Assembly: GCA_017453485.1 (NCBI GenBank)
Contig: JAFTEW010000058.1
Span: forward strand, 1,890 to 65,889
From: Alphaproteobacteria bacterium
Lineage (GTDB): Bacteria; Pseudomonadota; Alphaproteobacteria; CAAHEQ01; UBA3637
Direction: 5' to 3'
Length of the DNA: 64,000 bases
Shown piece by piece: positions 39,789 through 48,842 of the stretch. A program made the translations under genes and the position numbers. Position 1 is the first letter of the stretch. Each line of letters begins with the position of its first letter. The notes under the pieces are model-generated. The model saw only the letters and a program-made list of their open reading frames with translations. It ran no database searches and was not told the DNA's origin.

Positions 39789-39820
39789 GTTCCTATTAAG
39801 GGGGAAGCACTCGGTTTATC

Positions 39821-40777
39821 ATGTGGATATCAAAAAATTCATTGTTGTTGTCAATGGCATTGCTGGGGACATTTTTTTCAGGTCCCCTGTCGGCAGCGAC
39901 CCTGCGAACTGGAACTGCTAAATCGATTGCCGGAAGAACGGCAACCGCTTTACCGATAAATCAATCTGAAAAGGACATCTTACTGGATGCTTATCTGCCT
40001 ATTTTGAAATTAAATGAGCAATTAAAACTACATTTTTATCGCTGTTCCAAACGTAAAGTGACGGTTGGCTATGGTTCCAATGTGGAAAAGAACTCCGGTT
40101 TGTTGACAAATGTGACAATTTTTTATTCGGGCAAACCGCTTAATGCTGCTCAAAAGAAACTTTTTTTATCCTCCATGACCAGTAAAACAGACGCTGAATT
40201 AAAACAATATACTATTTCGGCCCACGATGCGGAAAAATTGATGAGGACTTTTGCTGAAAACGCCATTACCAAGATATCTCAAACTTTTACAGACTCCAAA
40301 ACCAAGAAGTCTTCTTTTTATGATTTACCTCTGTGTATGCAAGCGCTATGCCTAGACATTTTCTATAATGTCGGAGAAGAAGGGTTCAAGGGATATAAAA
40401 AATTTCAAGCAGCATTGAAAGCCAAAAACTATACGCAGGCCCTTAAAGAAAGCGTTGTTTATACCAATAAAACTTTGCGTAAGACGAATAAAGAACGGGA
40501 ATATCGCAAGAAACGATTACTGGCCGTCATGCAAATTGTTCAAAAATATGCCAATAACCCGGCCGGGGATATTATTCATCATGTGCAACAAGATAATGCA
40601 CGGCATCAATTACCGAACTACCCTCAATCTGTTTTAGATCAACAATTATCCATTGAAAAGGGCTTGGCAACGGCGGAAAAAGCGCATATGATGTTAATGC
40701 AGAAACGCGCACAAAAAGCCTTGACAAAAGTGGCTCCGGCACTACTCCGCCGACATGCCGTTCAAGGAAATGGTTAG
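39821..40777 (+). CDS. secreted T4-lysozyme-like (GH24-like) protein with C-terminal extension
   Basis: Signal peptide ([17 protein letters not shown]). [27 protein letters not shown] aligns by eye with T4L [52 protein letters not shown] aligns with [29 protein letters not shown]. Confidence 0.6.
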   Translation: [318 protein letters not shown]

Positions 40778-40817
40778 CCCCCTTGTCTGCGCGGCTGTTT
40801 TGTGATATCATGACCGT

Positions 40818-41495
40818 ATGATTCGATTAAAAATAGCTTCTGATTCTTTAAAACTGATGGCTTTAATTGCCATGACATTAGATCATATTGATAAAATTTT
40901 GGGATTCGGAGGTTATCTCGGTTGTACCATTGGTCGAACGGCTTTCCCGATTTTTGCCTATCTGCTGATTCAACATTTTTGTGTCTTTCATCCGGTAAAA
41001 AAATATCTTGTGCGTTTGACGATTTCCGGCTGTTTGACAAGTTTTGTTTTATTGCCGTTTCAACCTGTTGGCGGGAATATTCTGTTGACTTTTTTACTGG
41101 CGGTGATTTTTTTGTCTGCCTGCGAATTTATCTGTGCCAAAGTATCCTCGATTTTTTGGCAAGCCTATCTCCTAATTGGTTTATTCTTAATTTTATTACC
41201 GTTTATTTTAGTATCTGATTACAGTCTGCTCGGTTTTCTGTTTATCTTATCGCTTTACACCTATACACGATTCCCGATAAGGACAAATTGTGCTGCTGTT
41301 TTTCTGACTGGTGTTTTGATGAACACAAACACTCTTTCGGCGGCATTGATAACGGCATTGACCTTGCTTATTTTATTGTTTGGTATAACTGTTATTTCCG
41401 GGAAAAGGCGTTTAAAGTGGTGGGTGTTTTATGCCTATTATCCGGGACATTTATTTCTTTTATATCTTATTCGGGATGTATTGCAAAACATATGA
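40818..41495 (+). CDS. TraX-family membrane protein
   Basis: LKLMALIAMTLDHIDKIL N-terminal motif and a polytopic profile typical of the TraX family. Confidence 0.65.
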   Translation: MIRLKIASDSLKLMALIAMTLDHIDKILGFGGYLGCTIGRTAFPIFAYLLIQHFCVFHPVKKYLVRLTISGCLTSFVLLPFQPVGGNILLTFLLAVIFLSACEFICAKVSSIFWQAYLLIGLFLILLPFILVSDYSLLGFLFILSLYTYTRFPIRTNCAAVFLTGVLMNTNTLSAALITALTLLILLFGITVISGKRRLKWWVFYAYYPGHLFLLYLIRDVLQNI

Positions 41496-41872
41496 AAAAA
41501 TTGATTTTATTTTTATTGTTTTACTGTCTGACTGCCTGCCGTCCGGAGCCGGATTTAACAGCCCAAACTTATGAAATGACAACACCATCCGGGCTGGTTA
41601 TTTTACTTCGTTTTGATCCGAATGAAAATCGTTATTTCGGACGGGCCGTTAATCATTATTTCGGCACATATCAATTAAGCGATCAAGCCTTGACCTTTGG
41701 GCCAACCGGATCAACAATGATGATGGGGCTTTCGGACCAAATGACAGATGAAGCCGCCTATTTTCACAAACTATCACAGGTTCATTCCTATCAACTGACG
41801 CCGGAATCCGTTGTTTTTTATTTATCGGATGGCACCTCATTCCAAATGTATCCTAAACCGCCTAAACAATAA
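41492..41872 (+). CDS. META-domain (HslJ-like) lipoprotein
   Basis: Lipobox LTAC after MKKLILFLLFYC. The GRAVNHYFGTYQL.DQALTFGPTGSTMMMG pattern is present. The start overlaps the traX-like stop (ATGA). The ORF-track start at 41288 lies upstream in the same frame. Confidence 0.6.
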   Translation: MKKLILFLLFYCLTACRPEPDLTAQTYEMTTPSGLVILLRFDPNENRYFGRAVNHYFGTYQLSDQALTFGPTGSTMMMGLSDQMTDEAAYFHKLSQVHSYQLTPESVVFYLSDGTSFQMYPKPPKQ

Positions 41873-41935
41873 ATCATCTTAACCGCCATTGACAGCCCTT
41901 TTCCATTATGATATACTTCGAGGTAGAGGTTTTTT

Positions 41936-42532
41936 ATGCATACATTGTCTTTTGATACCACGGCAAACAGCGTTTCCATCGCCCTTTTGCGGGATGATGT
42001 CGTTTTAACCAAAATCCAAAAGGATATGGTTCGTGGCCAGGGGGAAGCTCTTATTCCCATGATTCAAGATTTATGTGTCCGGGAAAACTTTCCGATAGCC
42101 AATATCAATCGAATTGCCGTTTCAATCGGTCCCGGTTCTTTTACCGGTGTTCGGGTCGGTTTGGCGGCGGCCCGCGGTATGGGATTGGCTTTAAATATTC
42201 CTGTTTACGGAGTGACAACTTTACAAGCACTTGCTTATAAAACGACAGGTCTGGTTCTGGCGGTATTGGATACGAAGCGGGGGGATTATTATACTCAACT
42301 GTTTCGCGATGGTACACCGATGGAGCAACCTTCCGTTCGTTCTTTGACCGACATTTGTGCTTTGACCGACATTTCTTTGGCCGGTCCTGATGCTGTGGCC
42401 ATATCAGCGCAAACCAAACAACCGATAGCGGATAACCACCTTTTAATGGCCGAAGCCGTTGGCTTGTTTTCATTAGTTCAAGCCTGTCCCCCAGAACCGC
42501 TTTATTTACGAGAAGCCGATGTTCATTGCTAA
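41936..42532 (+). CDS. tsaB: tRNA t6A biosynthesis protein TsaB (YeaZ)
   Basis: LSFDTT......AL........GPGSFTG.R.G...A.G.A pattern, with the conserved tsaB-rimI order. Confidence 0.82.
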   Translation: MHTLSFDTTANSVSIALLRDDVVLTKIQKDMVRGQGEALIPMIQDLCVRENFPIANINRIAVSIGPGSFTGVRVGLAAARGMGLALNIPVYGVTTLQALAYKTTGLVLAVLDTKRGDYYTQLFRDGTPMEQPSVRSLTDICALTDISLAGPDAVAISAQTKQPIADNHLLMAEAVGLFSLVQACPPEPLYLREADVHC

Positions 42533-42947
42533 CGGTCAGACCGCTTTTGCACCCGTCATTGCCGAATTACACCAAAATTGTTTTTGGGCTTCTTGGTCTG
42601 AATCAGACATTCGGGATCTACTTTGTCTATCAACAACCGTCGGTTGGTTGACAGAGGCTTCTTTTTTGCTTTGTTCTCGGGTAGCAGACGAAATGGAAAT
42701 TTTAACCATCGGTGTTTTACCGACCTGCCGCCGACAGGGACTTGCAGCAAGTCTGATGACCGAAATGATTTCTTACGCCCGACAGAATCATATTCATCGT
42801 ATTTTTTTGGAGGTTTCCGCTCAAAATGAACCGGCACAAAGGTTATATGATCATTTCGGCTTTATTCAAACAGGCATTCGGCCGGGATATTATAAAACCG
42901 CCGATGGGATGGTAGATGCACTCTGTCTGACCAAGACACTTGACTAA
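42519..42947 (+). CDS. rimI: ribosomal-protein-alanine N-acetyltransferase RimI (GNAT)
   Basis: GNAT motif A (RRQGLAASLM) and LEVSAQNEPAQRLYDHFGF. Confidence 0.8.
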   Translation: MFIANGQTAFAPVIAELHQNCFWASWSESDIRDLLCLSTTVGWLTEASFLLCSRVADEMEILTIGVLPTCRRQGLAASLMTEMISYARQNHIHRIFLEVSAQNEPAQRLYDHFGFIQTGIRPGYYKTADGMVDALCLTKTLD

Positions 42948-43675
42948 TTCGGTTCCATCTTTTTTTGAATGGCCTGTAAATCTTCCCAGGCTTGTTTCTT
43001 TTGTGCCGGTAATTTAATCAATGTTGCCGGCGGAACAGAAACCCGTACCGGAATATTTTGATAAGCATGCCAACTGCCCCTAGCCTTTGACAAAGCTGAA
43101 ATACCTAATAAAATTTGGGATAAGCCGCTTCCAAAAATCAAAATACATCGTGGTCGCAATAGCTCAATTTCTCGGTTAAAAAACGGCAGGCAACAGGCGA
43201 TTTCGGCCTCAGTCGGTTTGCGATTTCCGGGGGGTCGCCACGGTACCAATGCCGTCACGTAAGCGTTCCGATTCAGGTCCAATCCGATAGCTCCCAGCAT
43301 TTTATCCAACAGTTGCCCCACAGCCCCACTCATTATAATTCCGCTTTTATCATCTTCCGTGTCGGCTGCCTCTATGACACATAAAATCGTAGGTGACGAA
43401 CCGCCTCGTCCGTTAACGGTATGTGTAGCCGTTTTTTTCAACGGGCACCCGTTAAAAGTCTCTCTGGCTTGATAAAGTTCTGTCAATGTTTGCGCCTTTT
43501 GTGCCAGTGCTTGTGCCTGTTGTGATAGGGCTATATCCGCTTTTGGCTCCATTTCAGGTATCGGCTCTGTTTTTATCGGTGTCGCTTTTCGTTCAAATCG
43601 ATTAATCGGCTCTTCCCCGATAGTTTCAGTGACTCCCGATAAAATCAACCACTTTAATTTTTGAATGATATTCAT
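42944..43675 (-). CDS. uracil-DNA glycosylase family-4-like protein with N-terminal extension
   Basis: C-terminal UDG-superfamily pattern (...GQLLDKML..IGL.R...Y.T..V.WRPPGNR.PT..E...C.PF...I.L..P..I...G). The active-site loop is divergent. Confidence 0.65.
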   Translation of the reverse strand: MNIIQKLKWLILSGVTETIGEEPINRFERKATPIKTEPIPEMEPKADIALSQQAQALAQKAQTLTELYQARETFNGCPLKKTATHTVNGRGGSSPTILCVIEAADTEDDKSGIIMSGAVGQLLDKMLGAIGLDLNRNAYVTALVPWRPPGNRKPTEAEIACCLPFFNREIELLRPRCILIFGSGLSQILLGISALSKARGSWHAYQNIPVRVSVPPATLIKLPAQKKQAWEDLQAIQKKMEPN

Positions 43676-43737
43676 TTTTTACTTTCCAAATGCTGACGTC
43701 TATGATATCATAAATTGATTCAAAAAGGAAGATAAAA

Positions 43738-45459
43738 ATGATTATTCAAACAAAACAAGTCGGACTGTTGCTGTGTGCTTTGGCTTTATTTGTCGGTGTT
43801 GGCTTTTTAATCGGTAAACAGCAGAAAAGCACCGTTATATCCGCTACATCATCGGATTTACCGGTTTGGACGGCTCCCGTTTCTTTGGAAAATAATCAAT
43901 ACGGGGCTTACTTATCCGGTTTTTTAGCTCAACAAAATCAAGATTATGATCGGATGACAGCATCGTTTGAAAAAGCATTAGCCATTGATTCCGACAACGA
44001 AAAGCTGAAAACAACGGTCTATCTATTAAAGGCTGTTCAAGGTAAAATTGATGAAGCACTCCCTTTGGCAGCGTCCCTGGGTTCCATAAAAAAACCGGAG
44101 TTGCTGACCGATTACGTGTTGATTGCCAATGCTTTTAAGCGGGGGGATTATGATGGTACCTTACATCTGTTAAAAACAAAAACACATTATGGTCCGGATC
44201 GTGTTTTAAAACCAGCCTTACGGGCCTGGGCTTATGCCGGTCAAAACAAAAAAGCCGCTGCCGAAAAAGAGTTGGAAGTATTTAATAAGCCGCAGTCTAA
44301 ACAACTTTATTTATATTATCGGGCTTTACTGGCATTGGCTTTTGATGACCGCGACGGAGCGAATAAATTCTTCCGTCGAATGATGAAAGATCCGGCAGAA
44401 TCCTATCCTTCACTGACGGCTGTTGTATTTGTTCGTGATTTCTATATGGCCCGCGGAGAATGGAAAACAGGATTGCCGGCTTACGACCGTCTGATTCCGT
44501 TTTTGCAAAGGACACCATCTGTCCGGGATGTTATTCAAGAAATGAAATCCCCGAAACAAATGACCCCGCAAATTGGTGCCGCCATTGCTTTTTATGATGT
44601 ATCGGTAGCGTTGGCTCCTTTAAAAACGGAAGAAACAAGTTTAATTTTAAATGAATTGGCTATTTATTTGGCCCCTGATGCTTTGACACCGAAAATTTGG
44701 GGGGGAGAGTTATTGGAAAGTGCCGGAAATAATCGGGCAGCCAATCGGGTTTATGATCGTATTCCCCATCCGAATGATGTGATTATGCTGAAAAAAGTAA
44801 TGAATTTTATTGCTGTGGAAAATTATACGGATGTATTACCGTTATTACAAACGCTGTTGGACCATAATCCCGAAGATGCCTTTCTATATCGTTTGGCCGG
44901 TGAAATTTACACTGAACGGAAAGAGTATGCTACTGCCATTGATTTTTATAAAAAATCCGTTGCTTTATTTAAAAAGATGGGTTTATCCGAAGAAACTGGC
45001 CGAACATTATTTGCCTTGGGTGCGGTTTATGACGCGGCCAAACAACGGACATTGGCCGAGCAAGCTTTCTTGGAATCCGTTCGCCTGTATCCAAACAATG
45101 CCCAAGCCCTCAACTATTTGGGGTATATTTGGTTGGAACAAAACAAAAATATTGATGAAGCCTTTCAACTGGTATCTTCGGCCGCTCAGTTGGAACCGGA
45201 TGATCCCAACATCACAGATAGTTTGGCATTGGGGTATTACCGAAAAGGCGATTATACCCGGGCTTTGGAATTGGCTGAACAATCAATTGATCGCCTTTCT
45301 TACAGTTCCGTTGCATATACCCACTTGGGGGATATCTATGCAGCCCTGGGACGCCATCGCGAAGCAAAATACCAATACCGGAAAGCACTGGATTTAACCG
45401 CCGATATGACACCGGAATTAAAGCTGGAATTACACAAAAAATCAGGCCTGTCCCGATAG
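43738..45459 (+). CDS. membrane-anchored TPR repeat protein
   Basis: An N-terminal TM helix is followed by multiple TPR-like repeats (A...Y..AL.L.P.N..AL..LG). Confidence 0.7.
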   Translation: MIIQTKQVGLLLCALALFVGVGFLIGKQQKSTVISATSSDLPVWTAPVSLENNQYGAYLSGFLAQQNQDYDRMTASFEKALAIDSDNEKLKTTVYLLKAVQGKIDEALPLAASLGSIKKPELLTDYVLIANAFKRGDYDGTLHLLKTKTHYGPDRVLKPALRAWAYAGQNKKAAAEKELEVFNKPQSKQLYLYYRALLALAFDDRDGANKFFRRMMKDPAESYPSLTAVVFVRDFYMARGEWKTGLPAYDRLIPFLQRTPSVRDVIQEMKSPKQMTPQIGAAIAFYDVSVALAPLKTEETSLILNELAIYLAPDALTPKIWGGELLESAGNNRAANRVYDRIPHPNDVIMLKKVMNFIAVENYTDVLPLLQTLLDHNPEDAFLYRLAGEIYTERKEYATAIDFYKKSVALFKKMGLSEETGRTLFALGAVYDAAKQRTLAEQAFLESVRLYPNNAQALNYLGYIWLEQNKNIDEAFQLVSSAAQLEPDDPNITDSLALGYYRKGDYTRALELAEQSIDRLSYSSVAYTHLGDIYAALGRHREAKYQYRKALDLTADMTPELKLELHKKSGLSR

Positions 45460-45900
45460 GCTTTCCAACACGACCGTCCCTTTTTTCTGACGGGCGATGG
45501 TATATTGTTTTCTTAACGCATCCCGAACCATATGCGGATTCGGGATTTTATACATGCATATTGAACCCGTCATATCGGTTGAATCAATCGAAATCGTTCC
45601 CAAATTAGCCATTACATCAATCATACTTTGAGTGGTTGAACTGTTGACAATACGAAAAAGTTCAATTTCGTCAACGGTTTTACTTAAAATTCCGGTAATA
45701 ATAATAAGTCGCTGATTTGTTAAAATATAGGACCGATAAATCCGCTTTAATTTTAAAGCAATCAAAAAAATCCCCAACGTCAATACCGTTAAGATCCAAT
45801 AAACCGGGTTATATTGAACATCGGCGATAGATCCTGTCACATGCCAAATAAAGTCCTCATCATTATTGATGATATTTCGAATAATATTTTCGTTATTCAT
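45442..45900 (-). CDS. bacterial PH-domain (bPH_2 / YdbS-like) membrane protein
   Basis: A two-TM hairpin is followed by YILTNQRLIIITGILSKTVDEIELFRI, which is typical of bPH_2. Confidence 0.65.
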   Translation of the reverse strand: MNNENIIRNIINNDEDFIWHVTGSIADVQYNPVYWILTVLTLGIFLIALKLKRIYRSYILTNQRLIIITGILSKTVDEIELFRIVNSSTTQSMIDVMANLGTISIDSTDMTGSICMYKIPNPHMVRDALRKQYTIARQKKGTVVLESLSGQA

Positions 45901-45959
45901 ATCAATATCCTTTCCTATCCTATACTTATCATATCAGAAAAAAAACAAAAAGACAACTG

Positions 45960-47906
45960 CTATTTCGATCGGCCTTTTTTCTTTTTGATCGGCGGATCAA
46001 TCACTTTAAAAATCTTCACATTTGTTTTCGGATCAACATAATCCAACTGCAACCAATCCGACATATCTTTTGTTTCGTAATACACACTGTAATGAAAACT
46101 ATTTTCTAATCCGTCATAGTTCTTTTTGGTCTTCGGGTTTTTAAATAAGAATCCTAAACAATCGGGATTTTGCAACAGAACGGTGCTCACCTGATGCTTT
46201 TTCAATAATTCTTTGGCTGTTGTGAACGGTGGCCGATCCAAAGCTATCACAGCCGAATCTGTGATACCGTCCACATTGCGATCATACGGCCCGCCTAATC
46301 CCGGTCGACCGGTTTCCCAGTTGATTTGCGGAGCCGAGAATAAATCACTGAACACAGCACCATCCGCGAATGTTCCCTTCATTTTTTCCAATACCTTTTC
46401 CGACAATGAACAAGCATATCCTTTTGCGGTATTATTTTCGTTATTTTTGTTCTTGACCGTATTTTGATTAGGTTGTTCTTCTTCCTTTTCATTTTGAATA
46501 ATTTTATCAAAGCTTTCTCTTAAAAACTCGGGGATATCAATATCTTTGTTTTCCCGGTATTGGTTCAAATAGTATCTGGCTCCCCAGGATTGAAAATGCC
46601 GTAAAATGGTCACCCCTTTTATCATGGCACCAACAAAGACTAAATAAAACGCCAAAAAGATCAGACTGCGCATAAATGATTTTTCCCGAGGCGCAAAAGT
46701 CAGGTTTAAATACCCGGCACCCAAAAAGCAAAAGAACGCATTTTGACTGATTCCGGCCCGAATATGAAAAATCATAATGGTTGCATAGAACAGCGTTCCG
46801 ACAGATACCATTAACATAAAGGGAGCCATCCTGTTTTTCCCCCACCGAACAAGGCTCCATATACAAAGACACGGTGCTAACATCAACGGCAGAATGGCCA
46901 ATGTTAACAGTTCAATCCAGTTTTCGGATAACGGGCGCATTTCACTGACTTTTGATGTCCACAGGTAATACATAAACGGGTCCACCATCGGCACCAACAA
47001 AACCGAATGAAAGCCGAACAACAGCACACATCCCAAAATCATAACACCCAATAAACCATATATTAGACGACAAACTCTATTGCGCCGAACCCCCGAATAG
47101 GATAATCCCCCCATTAAAATCAGGTTAAATACGCCCAATAAAACATGAAACAGCGATGGCCTGGCAAAATCAAGCGTCCAAAATCCTGCCATCGGATGAT
47201 CAAAAGTCATAGCACCTAACAAAACGATTGTATATGCCCCCGTATAGAGCAAAGCCGGTTTCAAAGATCGATTATGCCATAACCAACCAAAAGCCATCGG
47301 AACCATCAACAAATAAATGTTGATGAAAAACTCCGGTGTTATCCATGTACCCAAAGCCGACAAAACACCGGCAGCGATAAAATAACCGTTATTTCGTTTA
47401 ACCAATAATCCGCGAGCAACAAGCCCGATACTCCACACCAACAACATAAAATGGAAACAGTGGTGGTCAAAATAACCGACAGAAGCCTGTCCCCAACTGT
47501 ATCCGATACCGCATAAAAACAGCCAGAAAGCCCCAAATGCCATCTTGGGTGTCAAATATCCCCGACAGGCAAAAAAGAACCCGCGAACCGCTACAAGCAT
47601 CACCAAGACAGGCACAAAATAAGACATGATTTCCAATGCCCTTTTTAGACCCCAATTCGGAATAAACGGCCAGGCAAAAGCATATCCGATGATATCCAAC
47701 GGCCGTGTCCAGTGCATTTCAAATCCGAAAGGATAGTTTTGTCCGAATACCACCTGTTCCCGCCAAGGGAAACCGGCATTGGCCCATTCCATAATCCGGC
47801 TCATCCGGGCCCATACATCGGTTGACCAAAAAACCGAAAACGGCACATAGACAAACAAAGTCATCAGGGCCGCTAACCAAAAAACACGCTTATAAGATGA
47901 AAACAT
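45960..47906 (-). CDS. polytopic GT-C-fold membrane glycosyltransferase, STT3/AglB-like, with C-terminal soluble domain
   Basis: First-loop Asp (STDVWARMSR; compare DPWFNYR), NYPFG...RPL, GYFDHH (compare SYDNE / archaeal DHH) and KVSEMRP (compare the SVSE EL5 motif). The WWDYG position reads SWGARYY. About 13 TM helices plus a roughly 200-aa C-terminal domain. Confidence 0.6.
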   Translation of the reverse strand: MFSSYKRVFWLAALMTLFVYVPFSVFWSTDVWARMSRIMEWANAGFPWREQVVFGQNYPFGFEMHWTRPLDIIGYAFAWPFIPNWGLKRALEIMSYFVPVLVMLVAVRGFFFACRGYLTPKMAFGAFWLFLCGIGYSWGQASVGYFDHHCFHFMLLVWSIGLVARGLLVKRNNGYFIAAGVLSALGTWITPEFFINIYLLMVPMAFGWLWHNRSLKPALLYTGAYTIVLLGAMTFDHPMAGFWTLDFARPSLFHVLLGVFNLILMGGLSYSGVRRNRVCRLIYGLLGVMILGCVLLFGFHSVLLVPMVDPFMYYLWTSKVSEMRPLSENWIELLTLAILPLMLAPCLCIWSLVRWGKNRMAPFMLMVSVGTLFYATIMIFHIRAGISQNAFFCFLGAGYLNLTFAPREKSFMRSLIFLAFYLVFVGAMIKGVTILRHFQSWGARYYLNQYRENKDIDIPEFLRESFDKIIQNEKEEEQPNQNTVKNKNNENNTAKGYACSLSEKVLEKMKGTFADGAVFSDLFSAPQINWETGRPGLGGPYDRNVDGITDSAVIALDRPPFTTAKELLKKHQVSTVLLQNPDCLGFLFKNPKTKKNYDGLENSFHYSVYYETKDMSDWLQLDYVDPKTNVKIFKVIDPPIKKKKGRSK

Positions 47907-48830
47907 TTATTGTTCCTTTTGATAAAGAGGGGTAGCCAAATACTTCATACGCCGAAATTCCTGTCGGGATTTAGCCACGGAATCCAAGATCAGAGCCAAT
48001 GTTAAACTGACACCGGCGCACAGCATCAGCCCGACGGATAAAATGGTTGTCGGCACCCGCGGGACAAGACCCGTTTGCCAGTATTCATAAATAACCGGAA
48101 TGGCACACAATACCGACAAAACCGCCAACCCGACGGCACCCAATCCGAAAAACAGTAAAGGTCTTTCTTCCTTGATTAACAAAGCAATCATTTTTAATAT
48201 CCGCCATCCATCTTTAAAGGTAGACAATTTACTGACCGACCCTTCTGGCCTGGCATAATACGGTGTTTCATAATCCGCAACCGGCAATCGCATAGAAGCT
48301 GAAAAAACCGTCAGTTCCGTTTCGATTTCAAACCCCTTGGAATTGGCCGGATAGGCTTTCACAAACCGCCGGGAAAAAACACGCAATCCGGACAACATAT
48401 CTTCTGTCTGCTTCCCGAAAAACAAATGCACAATTTTGGTCATCAATCTGTTTCCAAACTGATGACCTGCCCGATAGGCCTGTTCGGATTGACTTTTACG
48501 AACACCCGTCACCATATCCAAATTTTCATTGATAAGTTTATCAATCATTTGTGGAACACTGGCAATATCATAAGTTGCATCCCCATCTGTCATCACATAA
48601 ACATCGGCTTCCACATCGGCAAACATACGCCGAACAACATTTCCTTTGCCCTGATGTGTTTCACTGCGCACAATGGCACCGGCATCCCGCGCCACCTGAA
48701 CCGTGTTATCCTTTGAATTATTGTCATAAACATAAACCATCGCCTGGGGCAGGTATTTATGACACTCTTTAACCACCTGCCCGATAGCCAGTTCTTCGTT
48801 ATAACAGGGAATTAAAATCGCTATTTTCAT
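47907..48830 (-). CDS. GT2 polyprenyl-phosphate glycosyltransferase (GtrB/ArnC/DPM1-like)
   Basis: IAILIPCYNEE...YDNNSKDNT...DGDATYD (DxD) followed by two C-terminal TM helices. Confidence 0.85.
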   Translation of the reverse strand: MKIAILIPCYNEELAIGQVVKECHKYLPQAMVYVYDNNSKDNTVQVARDAGAIVRSETHQGKGNVVRRMFADVEADVYVMTDGDATYDIASVPQMIDKLINENLDMVTGVRKSQSEQAYRAGHQFGNRLMTKIVHLFFGKQTEDMLSGLRVFSRRFVKAYPANSKGFEIETELTVFSASMRLPVADYETPYYARPEGSVSKLSTFKDGWRILKMIALLIKEERPLLFFGLGAVGLAVLSVLCAIPVIYEYWQTGLVPRVPTTILSVGLMLCAGVSLTLALILDSVAKSRQEFRRMKYLATPLYQKEQ

Positions 48831-48842
48831 AGTAAACTCCTT

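Noticed and set aside
40774-41040. 88-aa minus-strand ORF overlapping the 5' end of the traX-like gene.
   Set aside because: It overlaps two better-supported plus-strand genes, has no SD, and its translation has no recognisable features.
44810-45397. 195-aa plus-strand alternative-frame ORF inside the TPR gene.
   Set aside because: It is nested out of frame within the TPR protein ORF. The Trp/Ile/Pro-rich translation is typical of an off-frame read-through.
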